Shown here piece after piece: positions 41,633 to 50,610 of a stretch of 64,000 bases of DNA. Below the pieces are notes generated by a model. That model saw only the letters and a list, made by a program, of their open reading frames with translations. It did not search any database and was not told the DNA's origin. This stretch comes from Pedobacter sp. (lineage in GTDB: Bacteria > Desulfobacterota > Desulfuromonadia > Desulfuromonadales > Syntrophotaleaceae), in NCBI GenBank assembly GCA_050253415.1, contig JBFWJC010000001.1:1224679-1288678 (forward strand), written 5' to 3'. The translations under genes and the position numbers were made by a program. Every line of letters starts with the position of its first letter. Within the stretch, counting starts at the first letter, position 1.

Positions 41633-43000
41633 ATGACGAAAGTGCGGTTTTTGAAGAAAGTTTGGCTTGGTGTGCTGGCCGCTTGCATGGGTTTGACGGC
41701 GGTGCCAGTCCAAGCGGAAATTTATGGAGTTGACTATCAGGGGTTGCATGCCGGGGTTGGTTTGAGCGCAGCCATGGGCACCTTCCACACCAACAATTCC
41801 AATTTTGGCGCCGGTGGCGTCGTTAATGGCGACAAGGACAACAGCTGGTTTGAGGCGTACATCATGCCCAGCCTGAATCTGTCCTACGACACGGGCAAGT
41901 TCGGCATGTTCTATGGAGAGTTTTCCTACGTAGGCACTCAGACTTTCGGCGGCGTTGACCCCGCAGGCTTTTCCCTGGATGACAACGGCAATGAAAATCC
42001 CGGTGACTGGGAATCCGAACTGTTCTATGCCGGGTGGAAATCCGGGAAATTGATCCCCGGGTTGCCTGAAAATGTCATCGATATCTCCTATGGTGAGCAG
42101 ACCTTTTCAATCGGCGACGGTTTCCTTGTGGCCGATGCCGAGTTCGACGGTGCCAAGGGTTGCTACTGGATCGCTCCCCACAAATCTTTCCGTGAAACCG
42201 CCATTCTCAAGATAAATACCCAACCGGTACGCGCGGATATTTTTTACCTGAAGGCCGATAAAGATTACGCCGATGCCGAACTGTACGGGATTAACGTCGA
42301 GTACATCAAAGAAGGCTGGGGTACTGTCGGTGCCAACTACATGAAAGTTACCAACGCTGACGAGAACAGCGCCTGGTATGCCAACCGCGATGGCATGGAT
42401 ATCTGGTCTGTGCGTTTCCAGGGTACTCCGCTGGCTTCTTTCGGGCTGGAGGAATTGTTCCTGTCCGGTGAGTATGCCGGGGAGAGCGGCGGGGACCGCG
42501 CAAAGGTTGATGCCTATGGCTACTATGTCGAGGCCGGCTGGACCTTTTCCAACCTGCCCTGGACCCCGACTCTCAGCTACCGTTATGCCTTTTTCTCCGG
42601 CGACGATGTTGATACCGATGAATATGAAGGTTTTGACCCTCTGTTCTACGGTTTCCTGCGTGGCTGGGGAACCCACTTCATGGGTGAGGTTACCGGCGAA
42701 TACTACCTGTTCAACAATAATCAGCATGTACAGATGGTGCATCTGAATGTATTGCCCACCGACAAACTGTCCCTCGGAGCTATCTACTACAACTTCACGT
42801 TGGACAAAGCCAGTGCCTGGGGTGTTGACTCGGATGATTTCTCCGATGAAATCAACGTTTACGCCGACTATGCTCTCAACGACAACGTGTGGCTGAGCGG
42901 CGTTTTCGGGTGTGCATTCCCTGGCGAAGGTGCTGAGCAAGCCTTCGGTGACGACCAGGCCATGATGATTGTAGAAGCTTATGTGACCTTTACCTTCTAA
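41633..43000 (+). CDS. Outer-membrane beta-barrel channel (alginate-export/AlgE-like)
   Basis: Signal peptide ending VQA, alternating aromatic strands, SGDD...FDPLFYG, C-terminal Phe. Confidence 0.75.
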   Translation: MTKVRFLKKVWLGVLAACMGLTAVPVQAEIYGVDYQGLHAGVGLSAAMGTFHTNNSNFGAGGVVNGDKDNSWFEAYIMPSLNLSYDTGKFGMFYGEFSYVGTQTFGGVDPAGFSLDDNGNENPGDWESELFYAGWKSGKLIPGLPENVIDISYGEQTFSIGDGFLVADAEFDGAKGCYWIAPHKSFRETAILKINTQPVRADIFYLKADKDYADAELYGINVEYIKEGWGTVGANYMKVTNADENSAWYANRDGMDIWSVRFQGTPLASFGLEELFLSGEYAGESGGDRAKVDAYGYYVEAGWTFSNLPWTPTLSYRYAFFSGDDVDTDEYEGFDPLFYGFLRGWGTHFMGEVTGEYYLFNNNQHVQMVHLNVLPTDKLSLGAIYYNFTLDKASAWGVDSDDFSDEINVYADYALNDNVWLSGVFGCAFPGEGAEQAFGDDQAMMIVEAYVTFTF

Positions 43001-43011
43001 CACGTTATGTC

Positions 43012-43047
43012 AACGCGGACCCTGGCTTTTGGGGTCCGCGTTAAAAA
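43012..43047. terminator. Hairpin after the porin gene
   Basis: aacgcggaccc...gggtccgcgtt. Confidence 0.55.
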
Positions 43048-43171
43048 ACTTCCTCCCAGGGCTCCCCGTTCAGGCCGATAGGTTTGCGGGGGGCCTTTTT
43101 ACTTTTCTCTGTCCTGGCGGCTTTCTGGGTTGGGGTGAAATGGTTTGCACAATGAACGCGGAGTATTGCAC

Positions 43172-43483
43172 ATGGGAAGAGATGGTTCAGATGATCCCTG
43201 TCGGGGTCGCTATCTGCAGAAGCTTGCACAGAATGATGAGATCCCTGGCATTACCGTTTGTATGGGGAAATCCTGCTATGTGCGCGGAAACCAGCAGAAC
43301 CTGGTGTATATCGAGGGCTTTCTGAAGCAGCGGGGATTGGATGTGCGGGTCGATTTGCGTGGCAAGCGGTGTGGCGAGTCCTGTGAGTCCGGGCCACATA
43401 TTACTATCGGCAATTCGGCGTATAGCGATGTTACTTTGGTGAGACTCAAAGACTTGTTGGTGAAACATTACGCGTGCACGTGA
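43172..43483 (+). CDS. Thioredoxin-like [2Fe-2S] ferredoxin (NuoE/HfsA-like)
   Basis: ITVCMGKSCYVRG ... CGESCESGP. Confidence 0.65.
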   Translation: MGRDGSDDPCRGRYLQKLAQNDEIPGITVCMGKSCYVRGNQQNLVYIEGFLKQRGLDVRVDLRGKRCGESCESGPHITIGNSAYSDVTLVRLKDLLVKHYACT

Positions 43484-43523
43484 TCGGTACAGGCAGCGGC
43501 CAAGCCAGGCATGCACGAATCTT

Positions 43524-44723
43524 TTATCCCCGGCTGGGGAGGAGTGCTTCCTGCAGCATGTCTTCAACTCTGACGTGATTGGTTTCCAGCCAGCGTAGCA
43601 GGCGGACATGATGTTTCAGGTAAAACAGATACTCTTCGTCCGGGCAGTTCCCTGTCTCCAGGTAGTAGGTGTCTACGGAGGCCCATTTGATCAGCGATAG
43701 GCTGGCGGCCGTCAGCATGGGCCTGAATAGCCGGATTTCCGATGGCAAGAGGAGGCCGGGTTTGCTGGAGCGTTCGGCCCGTTCCTGATAAGACTGTAAA
43801 AATAGTGCAGCCTTTTGTAGCCAGAGTTTGCCGTCCATGGGGTCTTCCCAGCAGCTGCAGAAGTAGATGACCGCCAGGGCTACATCAAACATGCGCAGGT
43901 CGAGGCAGGCACGATCAAAGTCGAACACGCCGATGACCCGGTTGAGGTTGTATTTCTGGTTGCCAGGATGGAAATCACCATGGATGGCGATAACGGGCAG
44001 ATCCAAAGCTTCCGCCAGTTGTTCGGATGTCTGCTTGCTGATGCGCAGGATGTCCGCAAGGTTGTCCAAAAAGTATTTATCGAAGCAACTATCCTCGGCC
44101 AACTTGGCGCAACGCTGCAGGTCTGCCGGAAAACGGGACAGGACTTTAAGGATGGGTTGGTGCGGGGAGGGGAGCGACCCGGGATCGAACCCGGCCGTGG
44201 AGCAGTGGAGTTCTGCAAGGATCCTTCCGGAGTAGATGTATTCTTCGTCGCTCAGTCGGTTAGATGTCCAGGAGTATTTGTCTTCTCCGCCGATGAATTC
44301 AAACATGGCGTAATGAAGATCTTTGGCGCCCTGAGTTTCCAGGGATTTCAGTTGAACAAAGTTCTCGCCCCCATTCGTGCGTATGAGTCGCGCAATCATT
44401 TGGCTGCCGCTGGCCACAATGTGGTCTATCAGGGCGTGCTCAAAGTAGATGTGGTCAATAGATGTTTCCGGACGATAGAGGCGCAGAAGATATTTTTTGG
44501 AATGACCGTTCTTTAGCATTGTAACGCTAAAGCTCAGGTTGGTGTAGCCACCGTAAAGTTGAGCGACCTTTTGCACGTTGCCCAGGGTATAGTAATCCCT
44601 CACAACTTGCGTTGCCTGGTCGATCAGCAGGTTGCAGGGCTGCTGTTGTGGCGGCTCTACGAAGTAGGGGAGGCGTCTTGGGGGTTCCCAGTTCCTTCGT
44701 AGTAATGGTCCTCCGCCCGGCAT
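43524..44723 (-). CDS. APH/choline-kinase-superfamily phosphotransferase (homoserine kinase type II-like)
   Basis: GGYTN, IHGDFHPGN, VFDFD; start overlaps the DeoR stop (TAATG). Confidence 0.8.
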   Translation of the reverse strand: MPGGGPLLRRNWEPPRRLPYFVEPPQQQPCNLLIDQATQVVRDYYTLGNVQKVAQLYGGYTNLSFSVTMLKNGHSKKYLLRLYRPETSIDHIYFEHALIDHIVASGSQMIARLIRTNGGENFVQLKSLETQGAKDLHYAMFEFIGGEDKYSWTSNRLSDEEYIYSGRILAELHCSTAGFDPGSLPSPHQPILKVLSRFPADLQRCAKLAEDSCFDKYFLDNLADILRISKQTSEQLAEALDLPVIAIHGDFHPGNQKYNLNRVIGVFDFDRACLDLRMFDVALAVIYFCSCWEDPMDGKLWLQKAALFLQSYQERAERSSKPGLLLPSEIRLFRPMLTAASLSLIKWASVDTYYLETGNCPDEEYLFYLKHHVRLLRWLETNHVRVEDMLQEALLPSRG

Positions 44724-45550
44724 TAATCGGCCACCAGTACTCGAATGCCAAGGGCTTTGAGGTCGTGCAGGTATTCCTCGGGGAGTTTGTGATCGACAAT
44801 CAGTAAATCGACCTTATCGATGGGCGCGACTACAAGGTCGGCCACGCGGCCGAACGAGCTGTGGGTGGCAAGCACGATTATCTGCCCCCTGGTTTGCTGT
44901 ATCATGGCGCGCTCAAGGGCGGCTTCGGTAAAGGAAGGAGTGGTTATGCCGTCGCGGAAGCTGATGCCGTCAGGAATCAAAAAAGCCTTTTTGGGGTGAA
45001 GCTCCTGAATCGTTTCCATGGTCAGCGCTCCTTCCATGGAGTGGGTTTCGGGACGGTACTCGCCGCCAAGAAGGATCAATTCGGCCCTTTTCCCCTTGAT
45101 CTCCTGGATGGCGCCTACATTGTTGGTATAGACACGAACGGGCATGTCCGGATCAAGGTGCCGCAATACATAAAGTGCCGTGGTCCCCGAATGGAGAAAC
45201 AGGGTGTCGTGGGGTTCGATCAGGGAGGCGGCTTTGCGGCCGATCTGATCCTTGATATCGGGCAGTTCCTTAAGTCGGGTTTCGTAAGGCTCCTCGTGGG
45301 TCATACGTTCCTGGCGATAAACCGCACCACCATACGTACGTTCAAGGAGGCCTTGGCGCTCAAGGGTTTCGAGGTCGCGACGAATAGTCATTTCCGACAC
45401 GCCCATCATTTCGCTCAAATCCGTTACTCGAATAGTAAGTCTTTCCCTTAACAGGTCGCGGATTCGCATATGCCGTTCCGCTGGCAGTAACTGGTCGTTA
45501 TGGCTAACCTGTCCATTGGCCTTGGTAGTCTTATTATTGTCTTCAAGCAT
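44723..45550 (-). CDS. DeoR/GlpR-family transcriptional regulator
   Basis: VSEMTIRRDL HTH, RTYGGA, SGTT, LLGGE. Confidence 0.93.
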   Translation of the reverse strand: MLEDNNKTTKANGQVSHNDQLLPAERHMRIRDLLRERLTIRVTDLSEMMGVSEMTIRRDLETLERQGLLERTYGGAVYRQERMTHEEPYETRLKELPDIKDQIGRKAASLIEPHDTLFLHSGTTALYVLRHLDPDMPVRVYTNNVGAIQEIKGKRAELILLGGEYRPETHSMEGALTMETIQELHPKKAFLIPDGISFRDGITTPSFTEAALERAMIQQTRGQIIVLATHSSFGRVADLVVAPIDKVDLLIVDHKLPEEYLHDLKALGIRVLVAD

Positions 45551-45556
45551 CGTGTT

Positions 45557-45612
45557 TGTTCGATCCTTTCGTTTTTTGTTCTTTTATAGCACTTTTGGAA
45601 GCTTTAGGGCAA
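45557..45612 (-). promoter_or_regulatory. Putative deoR promoter with operator-like repeats
   Basis: Minus strand TTGCCC-18-TATAAA, then AAGAACA / AAACGAA / ATCGAACA before the ATG. Confidence 0.45.
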
Positions 45613-45998
45613 TGGAAGTTTTTACGATAAGTGTCTGCTAAAATACGTTTTTGATTCCCGGGATTACCGCTTGACCGGCGGTTTTAGGAGTTTTGTGGAG
45701 ATCCTCTTCTCCCTTTGAAGTGCGGAGCCATAGTTGGGGCGGGTTTGTTAGACGATGAGCATTACCATATGAAGAATTATGTTTGCTTGTGAGAAGCTTA
45801 GCGGTGCGGTGCGTGGTATATGCTGTCATCCCGATGTTTGGATTAAAAGGCTTTAGGTGTATTTGAAGATGTTGAAAAAACGTGGTTTTATGATTCGCTG
45901 TCAAGGCTATGAGATAGGGCTTTCCAGGCGATTGCAGGGGTGTGTGCAGATCAGGGCTAGGGTGTTCTAGGATGCTCGATGTTTCTTTTAAAATAACA

Positions 45999-46041
45999 CT
46001 TGACAACATAAACGAACATGACCTAGAGTTTGATTGTTCAT
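45999..46041 (+). promoter_or_regulatory. Putative promoter/operator of the transporter operon
   Basis: CTTGACAACATAAACGAACAT is 20/21 identical to 38721-38741; TAGAGT -10 at the same 18-bp spacing; inverted TGTTCAT downstream. Confidence 0.7.
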
Positions 46042-46556
46042 GTGGACACTAAAGTTACTTGAGGGCGACGGCTCTCGGGCCTGTTTGTTTACGGATGTTT
46101 GCGTTAGCTTGTTACGCGTTGCATTTGTAATACATAGGTTGCAAAGGGCGTACAGGTGCATGCAACGATCCGTTTGGAGTTTGTTCCAAATCGGGTTTTA
46201 GCAAGTCCTTTTAAGTTGCAGGACTTCGGCACTTACGACGCAATAGGTTGGTTCGATTGTGGTTGCTGTCTGGGTGATGGTCGCCGGACGGGTTTGAGAT
46301 GTGTTTTCGAGGCGATGAATGCCAAGCGGATTGAATGCGAGGTCCTTTGTTTCATGGGGGCTCGTCTGCTGACCCGTGGAGGGCAAATCCTCCAAAGGTG
46401 GGCACTGCCGGCTGCCTCATCGGTCGGTGTTTTGGTAATCCACAAAAGTATTATGCAAATGATTGAGTTGCCCTTTTCTGATTGAAGTGTGCTTTACCAA
46501 TGGCAGTTTTCACTCTAAGGGTAGGACAAAACAACCATTTTATTGGAGACGGCATT

Positions 46557-47588
46557 ATGGCTAACGGGGTGCAATCAGCAAGTATCGCCGGAACACGGGT
46601 TTCGGCACGGCAAGTTTTTGAACAAAAAGAACTGGGGTTTGTCAAGCGAGGCCTGGCAACCGCTCTGGGTTCGGGTATGTTGTGGGGGCTTGACGGTGTC
46701 ATTCTCGGCATAGCGCTGGCGATGGCTCCTTTTACCGCGGGTGCCACGATGTATGCGGCACCACTGGCCGGTTCGGCATTGCATGACGGGTTCGCCGGTC
46801 TGTGGCTGGCTCTTTACAATATCTTTACCGGTCGCTGGAAAGACATCGGCCGTTCCTTGAAAACCTTCCCTGGTTTTATCGTTTGCCTGGGGGCATTGCT
46901 CGGCGGCCCGATCGGCATGGGTGCCTATCTGCTTGGTATTAACTTTGCCGGCGCTGCTTATGCCATGGGGATTTCCGCCGGCTATCCGGTCGTTGGCGCC
47001 ATTATGGCCCGTCTGATTCTCAAAGAAAAAATCAGCCCTCGTGTCTGGGCCGGCATTCTTATCTGTGTGGCCGGTGCAGTCATTCTTGGCTATGTTCCGC
47101 CTGAGGGTGGCTCTATGCCGCACTTCTACCTCGGTATCGGTTGTTCCTTGCTGGCTGCATTTGGCTGGGGTACGGAAGGTGTTCTGGCTACCTTCGGTAT
47201 GGACATGGTAGACCCGGCGGTCGCCATTAATATTCGCGAAGCCACTTCCTGTGTTGTTTCCTTGCTGGCAGTCCTTCCGTTTGTTGCCGGACTGGCTGTT
47301 TTCGGTCAGGCGCTGATTACGCCTAATGTTGTGTGGATTATCGCTCTTGCAGGTTTGGCCGGTGGTTTCTCCTACCTGCTCTGGTACAAGGCTTTCAGCA
47401 TGTGCGGTTGCAGTCGCTGCATGGCCCTGAACATCACCTACGCTATCTGGGGTCTGGTGTTCTCCTATTTCCTGACAGACGTTGCGATTACCACCAACCT
47501 GGTCATCGGCGCCATCGTCATCACCATTGGCGCTATCATGGTCGTTGGCAATCCCAAAGAAATGATCAACCTGCGGGCGGAGGTTTAA
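46557..47588 (+). CDS. EamA/DMT-family transporter, LicB-like (probable choline uptake)
   Basis: About 10 TM segments; LHD.F, LGGPIGM.AY, GWGTEGV, MALNITY..W; context in the cut locus. Confidence 0.75.
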   Translation: MANGVQSASIAGTRVSARQVFEQKELGFVKRGLATALGSGMLWGLDGVILGIALAMAPFTAGATMYAAPLAGSALHDGFAGLWLALYNIFTGRWKDIGRSLKTFPGFIVCLGALLGGPIGMGAYLLGINFAGAAYAMGISAGYPVVGAIMARLILKEKISPRVWAGILICVAGAVILGYVPPEGGSMPHFYLGIGCSLLAAFGWGTEGVLATFGMDMVDPAVAINIREATSCVVSLLAVLPFVAGLAVFGQALITPNVVWIIALAGLAGGFSYLLWYKAFSMCGCSRCMALNITYAIWGLVFSYFLTDVAITTNLVIGAIVITIGAIMVVGNPKEMINLRAEV

Positions 47589-47589
47589 A

Positions 47590-47874
47590 ATGGCAGCTGT
47601 ACTTCCAATGCGTTTCCGGATCCTTCATTACTTCTCCACTGTGAAGGAAGCTTCGACAAAAGAACTGATGAACGGCCTGCGTTCCGAATACGGCAGCGAA
47701 GGGCAGTTCAACGAAAATGTCATCAACGAACATCTCATGTCCATGCGGGCAGGAGGACTGATCGAAACCAACGATATCGAATTGGACCAGAGCAATAACC
47801 TGGTTGTCAATTATTCGATCACCGAATTCGGGCAGGGGCGTCTCAAGTATCTGCCTAAATCCTGGAAGATCTAA
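47590..47874 (+). CDS. Small winged-helix-like protein
   Basis: 94 aa, starts 1 nt after the transporter stop; EYG.E.QF ... YSITEFG wing pattern. Confidence 0.65.
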   Translation: MAAVLPMRFRILHYFSTVKEASTKELMNGLRSEYGSEGQFNENVINEHLMSMRAGGLIETNDIELDQSNNLVVNYSITEFGQGRLKYLPKSWKI

Positions 47875-47887
47875 ACGTAAGCAGCAG

Positions 47888-47930
47888 CTGAAAAATCGCC
47901 GTCCTAATGATCGGGGCGGCGATTTTTCAG
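47888..47930. terminator. Terminator hairpin
   Basis: ctgaaaaatcgccgtcc...gggcggcgatttttcag. Confidence 0.8.
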
Positions 47931-47990
47931 AGTAATTGGTGAATGGTGATTGATTTTAAATGATTTTGACCCATCACCAGTCACCAGTTA

Positions 47991-48159
47991 CTGGGAGTCT
48001 GTCGGACTATCCATGAGCCGGCTGCAAATTCGTTTGTTTGGCCCATATTTCAGGTCCTTTTTGGCCCATAGTTACAACTATGAACCTTCAAACGACCTAA
48101 AATCTGTTCTCAAACATCCAAATTTTCGCTTCGCCCCTTATAGTCCGACAGGCTCCTAG
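47991..48159. mobile_element. MITE-like element with 20-bp terminal inverted repeats
   Basis: ctgggagtctgtcggactat ... atagtccgacaggctcctag (18/20 complementary); no credible coding capacity. Confidence 0.7.
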
Positions 48160-48190
48160 TCACTCCGTTTCACTGTCGAGAGGTAACACC

Positions 48191-49147
48191 ATGAGTGAAC
48201 AAGCAACGATAAAAGGCGTGGTTTTCGATATCCAGAAGTATTCCATGCACGATGGTCCCGGCGTGAGAACGCTGGTCTTCCTTAAGGGATGTCCTCTGCG
48301 CTGTAAATGGTGTTCCAACCCTGAAAGTATTTCCTCCGCATTTCAAGTAATGTGTCTGGCCGACCAGTGTGTTTCCTGCGGTCGGTGTATCGATGTCTGT
48401 CCTTCCGGGGTTCACAAAATGGTAGCCGTCAGCAATGGTCAACCGCAGCACCAGGTCGACCGTACCGCAACCTGCATCGGTTGCGGTGTCTGCGCGAAAA
48501 GTTGCCCAGCCAAGGCGTTGCGTATTGCGGGCAAGGAAATGACGGTGGACGAAGTGGTCAGCGTCATTATGGAAGATCAGTTTTTTTATTTCACATCCGG
48601 CGGGGGGGTAACCATCGGCGGTGGTGAACCGACTTTTCAGCCGGCCTTCGCCGGTGCCATACTACGTCAAGCTCGTCTCAATGGCGTGCATACCGCCATG
48701 GAAACCTGTGGCCAGTCAACGTGGGAGATCTATCAGGAGCTGGCACCTTACACCGATCTGTTTCTTTATGATCTCAAGCATATTGATCCTGATAGGCACA
48801 AGGCCAATACCGGTGTCAGCAATGAACGGATTTTGGACAACCTCGCCCGCCTGCTCGAACTCGGGGCCAATGTGCTGGTAAGGATCCCGCTGATCGCAGG
48901 AGTGAACGATGACGTCGATTCACTGTCCCGGGCTTTGTCCTGGCTTGAGAAGACCGCGAACAATGCCTCCAATCTCAAAGGGGTCGAGGTCTTGCCTTAT
49001 CACCGCTTGGGGGAAAGCAAATACCATCAGCTCAATGAGGAATATCCCATGGGCGCCATGGCCGGGCATACGGACGATCAGTTGAAAGAGGTTGAAAAAA
49101 TTCTTTTGCAATTCAATCTGCCGGCGCGTATCGTTAAGCACGGCTGA
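48191..49147 (+). CDS. cutD: Choline TMA-lyase activating enzyme (radical SAM)
   Basis: HDGPGVRT, GCPLRCKWCSNPE, two ferredoxin motifs, GGGEP, LPYH. Confidence 0.88.
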   Translation: MSEQATIKGVVFDIQKYSMHDGPGVRTLVFLKGCPLRCKWCSNPESISSAFQVMCLADQCVSCGRCIDVCPSGVHKMVAVSNGQPQHQVDRTATCIGCGVCAKSCPAKALRIAGKEMTVDEVVSVIMEDQFFYFTSGGGVTIGGGEPTFQPAFAGAILRQARLNGVHTAMETCGQSTWEIYQELAPYTDLFLYDLKHIDPDRHKANTGVSNERILDNLARLLELGANVLVRIPLIAGVNDDVDSLSRALSWLEKTANNASNLKGVEVLPYHRLGESKYHQLNEEYPMGAMAGHTDDQLKEVEKILLQFNLPARIVKHG

Positions 49148-49610
49148 TTGGCATCGGTCTTGCTCTTTAACAGCGTGTGCGTTTTTTATACACGGAGGTG
49201 GCCTTGTTCTTCCTCCGCCTTTAGCGCATTGGCGTCAGCTTTATATCAGTGAATTGTTGCTGACTCCCTGGTCTGCACGTAAAAATCCAGAACCTTGAAA
49301 ATTCAATGCATTCGGGGCGGGGCTTATGCCTGCCGCTTGGCACGTTTGCGCCTGACAGGAATGACTTTTAACGGAGTCTTTCCTTTGTGCCGGTCTGCAA
49401 GCCTGAATGATGCGGCACGTTGTTCTATCTATTTTTAATAATTTTGGCTAGATGTTGCTGATGGATAGTGATATGTTTTTCAGCACGACTGCCTTATTTT
49501 TAGAAGCACCTGTAGATAAATTTTGTTGGTTTTTAAATACCTTTAATCATGCTCGGAGTACGGGGCTCTTCAGCCGCAATTTTTTTCGGGCTTTTGCATG
49601 AGGTACCATT

Positions 49611-50036
49611 TTGGACAAGATCGATTGGACGCTCTGGTTACAGGTGGGCAATTTTCTGTTGTTGATCGTGATCCTGCAGCGGTTGCTGTATCGGCCGTTA
49701 CTGGCGATTCTTGATCAGCGTCAGGTCCGTCAGGATAACGCTGTGCAGCGCAGCCGGGATCTGGAGGCGCAGATCGCACAGCAGCAAGACGCTTTTGACG
49801 CACAACTGTCGCAGGCCAAGCTGCAGGCGCAGCAGGCGCGCAGCGCGGCGTTGGAGCAGGCACAAAAACAACAAGCCTTGCTGATCGGCGAAGCGCACGA
49901 TCAGGCTATGGCTACCCTGGAACAGGTCCGCCGCGAGGTGGCCGGGCAGCTTGCCGTCGAAGCCGGGCTGCTACAAAGCTATGCCGCGCGCCTGGGCGAT
50001 GATGTGGCTGAACGACTGTTGGGGAGGCCGCTGTGA
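49611..50036 (+). CDS. ATP synthase F0 subunit b' (start uncertain)
   Basis: N-terminal TM (QVGNF...LYRPL) plus coiled coil; first gene of the atp operon. Confidence 0.8.
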   Translation: MDKIDWTLWLQVGNFLLLIVILQRLLYRPLLAILDQRQVRQDNAVQRSRDLEAQIAQQQDAFDAQLSQAKLQAQQARSAALEQAQKQQALLIGEAHDQAMATLEQVRREVAGQLAVEAGLLQSYAARLGDDVAERLLGRPL

Positions 50037-50608
50037 TAAACACCAGACGATGGATTCGGATTGCAGGCCTGAGTGCCCTGGCGTTGCTGGTAGCGGGAAG
50101 TGCCCTTGCCAGCGAAGCGGGTGGACATGGCGGCGGACAGGTTAAAGATTTTCTGTACCGTTTGCTCGACTTCGGCATTACCTTCGGTGCGCTGTATTTT
50201 CTTTTGCGCGGACCGCTCAAACGGGCCCTTGGAGATCGCCGTCAACGGCTGGTCGATGAACTCGAACAGTCCCGTCAGTTGCAGGCAAGTGCAGAGAGTC
50301 GATTTGCCGCCTGCCAGCAACAGTTGGTTGATGCCGATGCCCAGATTGCCAAACTTACGGCCGAGCTGCAGGGTGAAAGTGTCATGCAGTGCCTCCGCAT
50401 TGAAGAACAGGCGCAAAAACTGGCGGCGGACATCCGTGCCGAAGCTTCTCGCAGTGCAGAACGTGAAGTTGCTGCGGCGCGCAAACAGCTGCATGCCGAA
50501 GCCGTGCGGCTGGCGATGGAATTGGCCGAACAGCGCATCAAGCAGCATATGGTACCCGAAGATCAGGCGCGTATGGTTGACGAATATCTGCGCAAGGCAG
50601 GGGAGTAA
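50033..50608 (+). CDS. atpF: ATP synthase F0 subunit b
   Basis: ASEAGGHGG N-terminal extension, TM, coiled coil. Confidence 0.85.
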   Translation: MINTRRWIRIAGLSALALLVAGSALASEAGGHGGGQVKDFLYRLLDFGITFGALYFLLRGPLKRALGDRRQRLVDELEQSRQLQASAESRFAACQQQLVDADAQIAKLTAELQGESVMQCLRIEEQAQKLAADIRAEASRSAEREVAAARKQLHAEAVRLAMELAEQRIKQHMVPEDQARMVDEYLRKAGE

Positions 50609-50610
50609 TA

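Noticed and set aside
46381..46420. c-di-GMP-I riboswitch-like start GGGCAAA
   Set aside because: No GAAA tetraloop or GACGCAAAGC core follows
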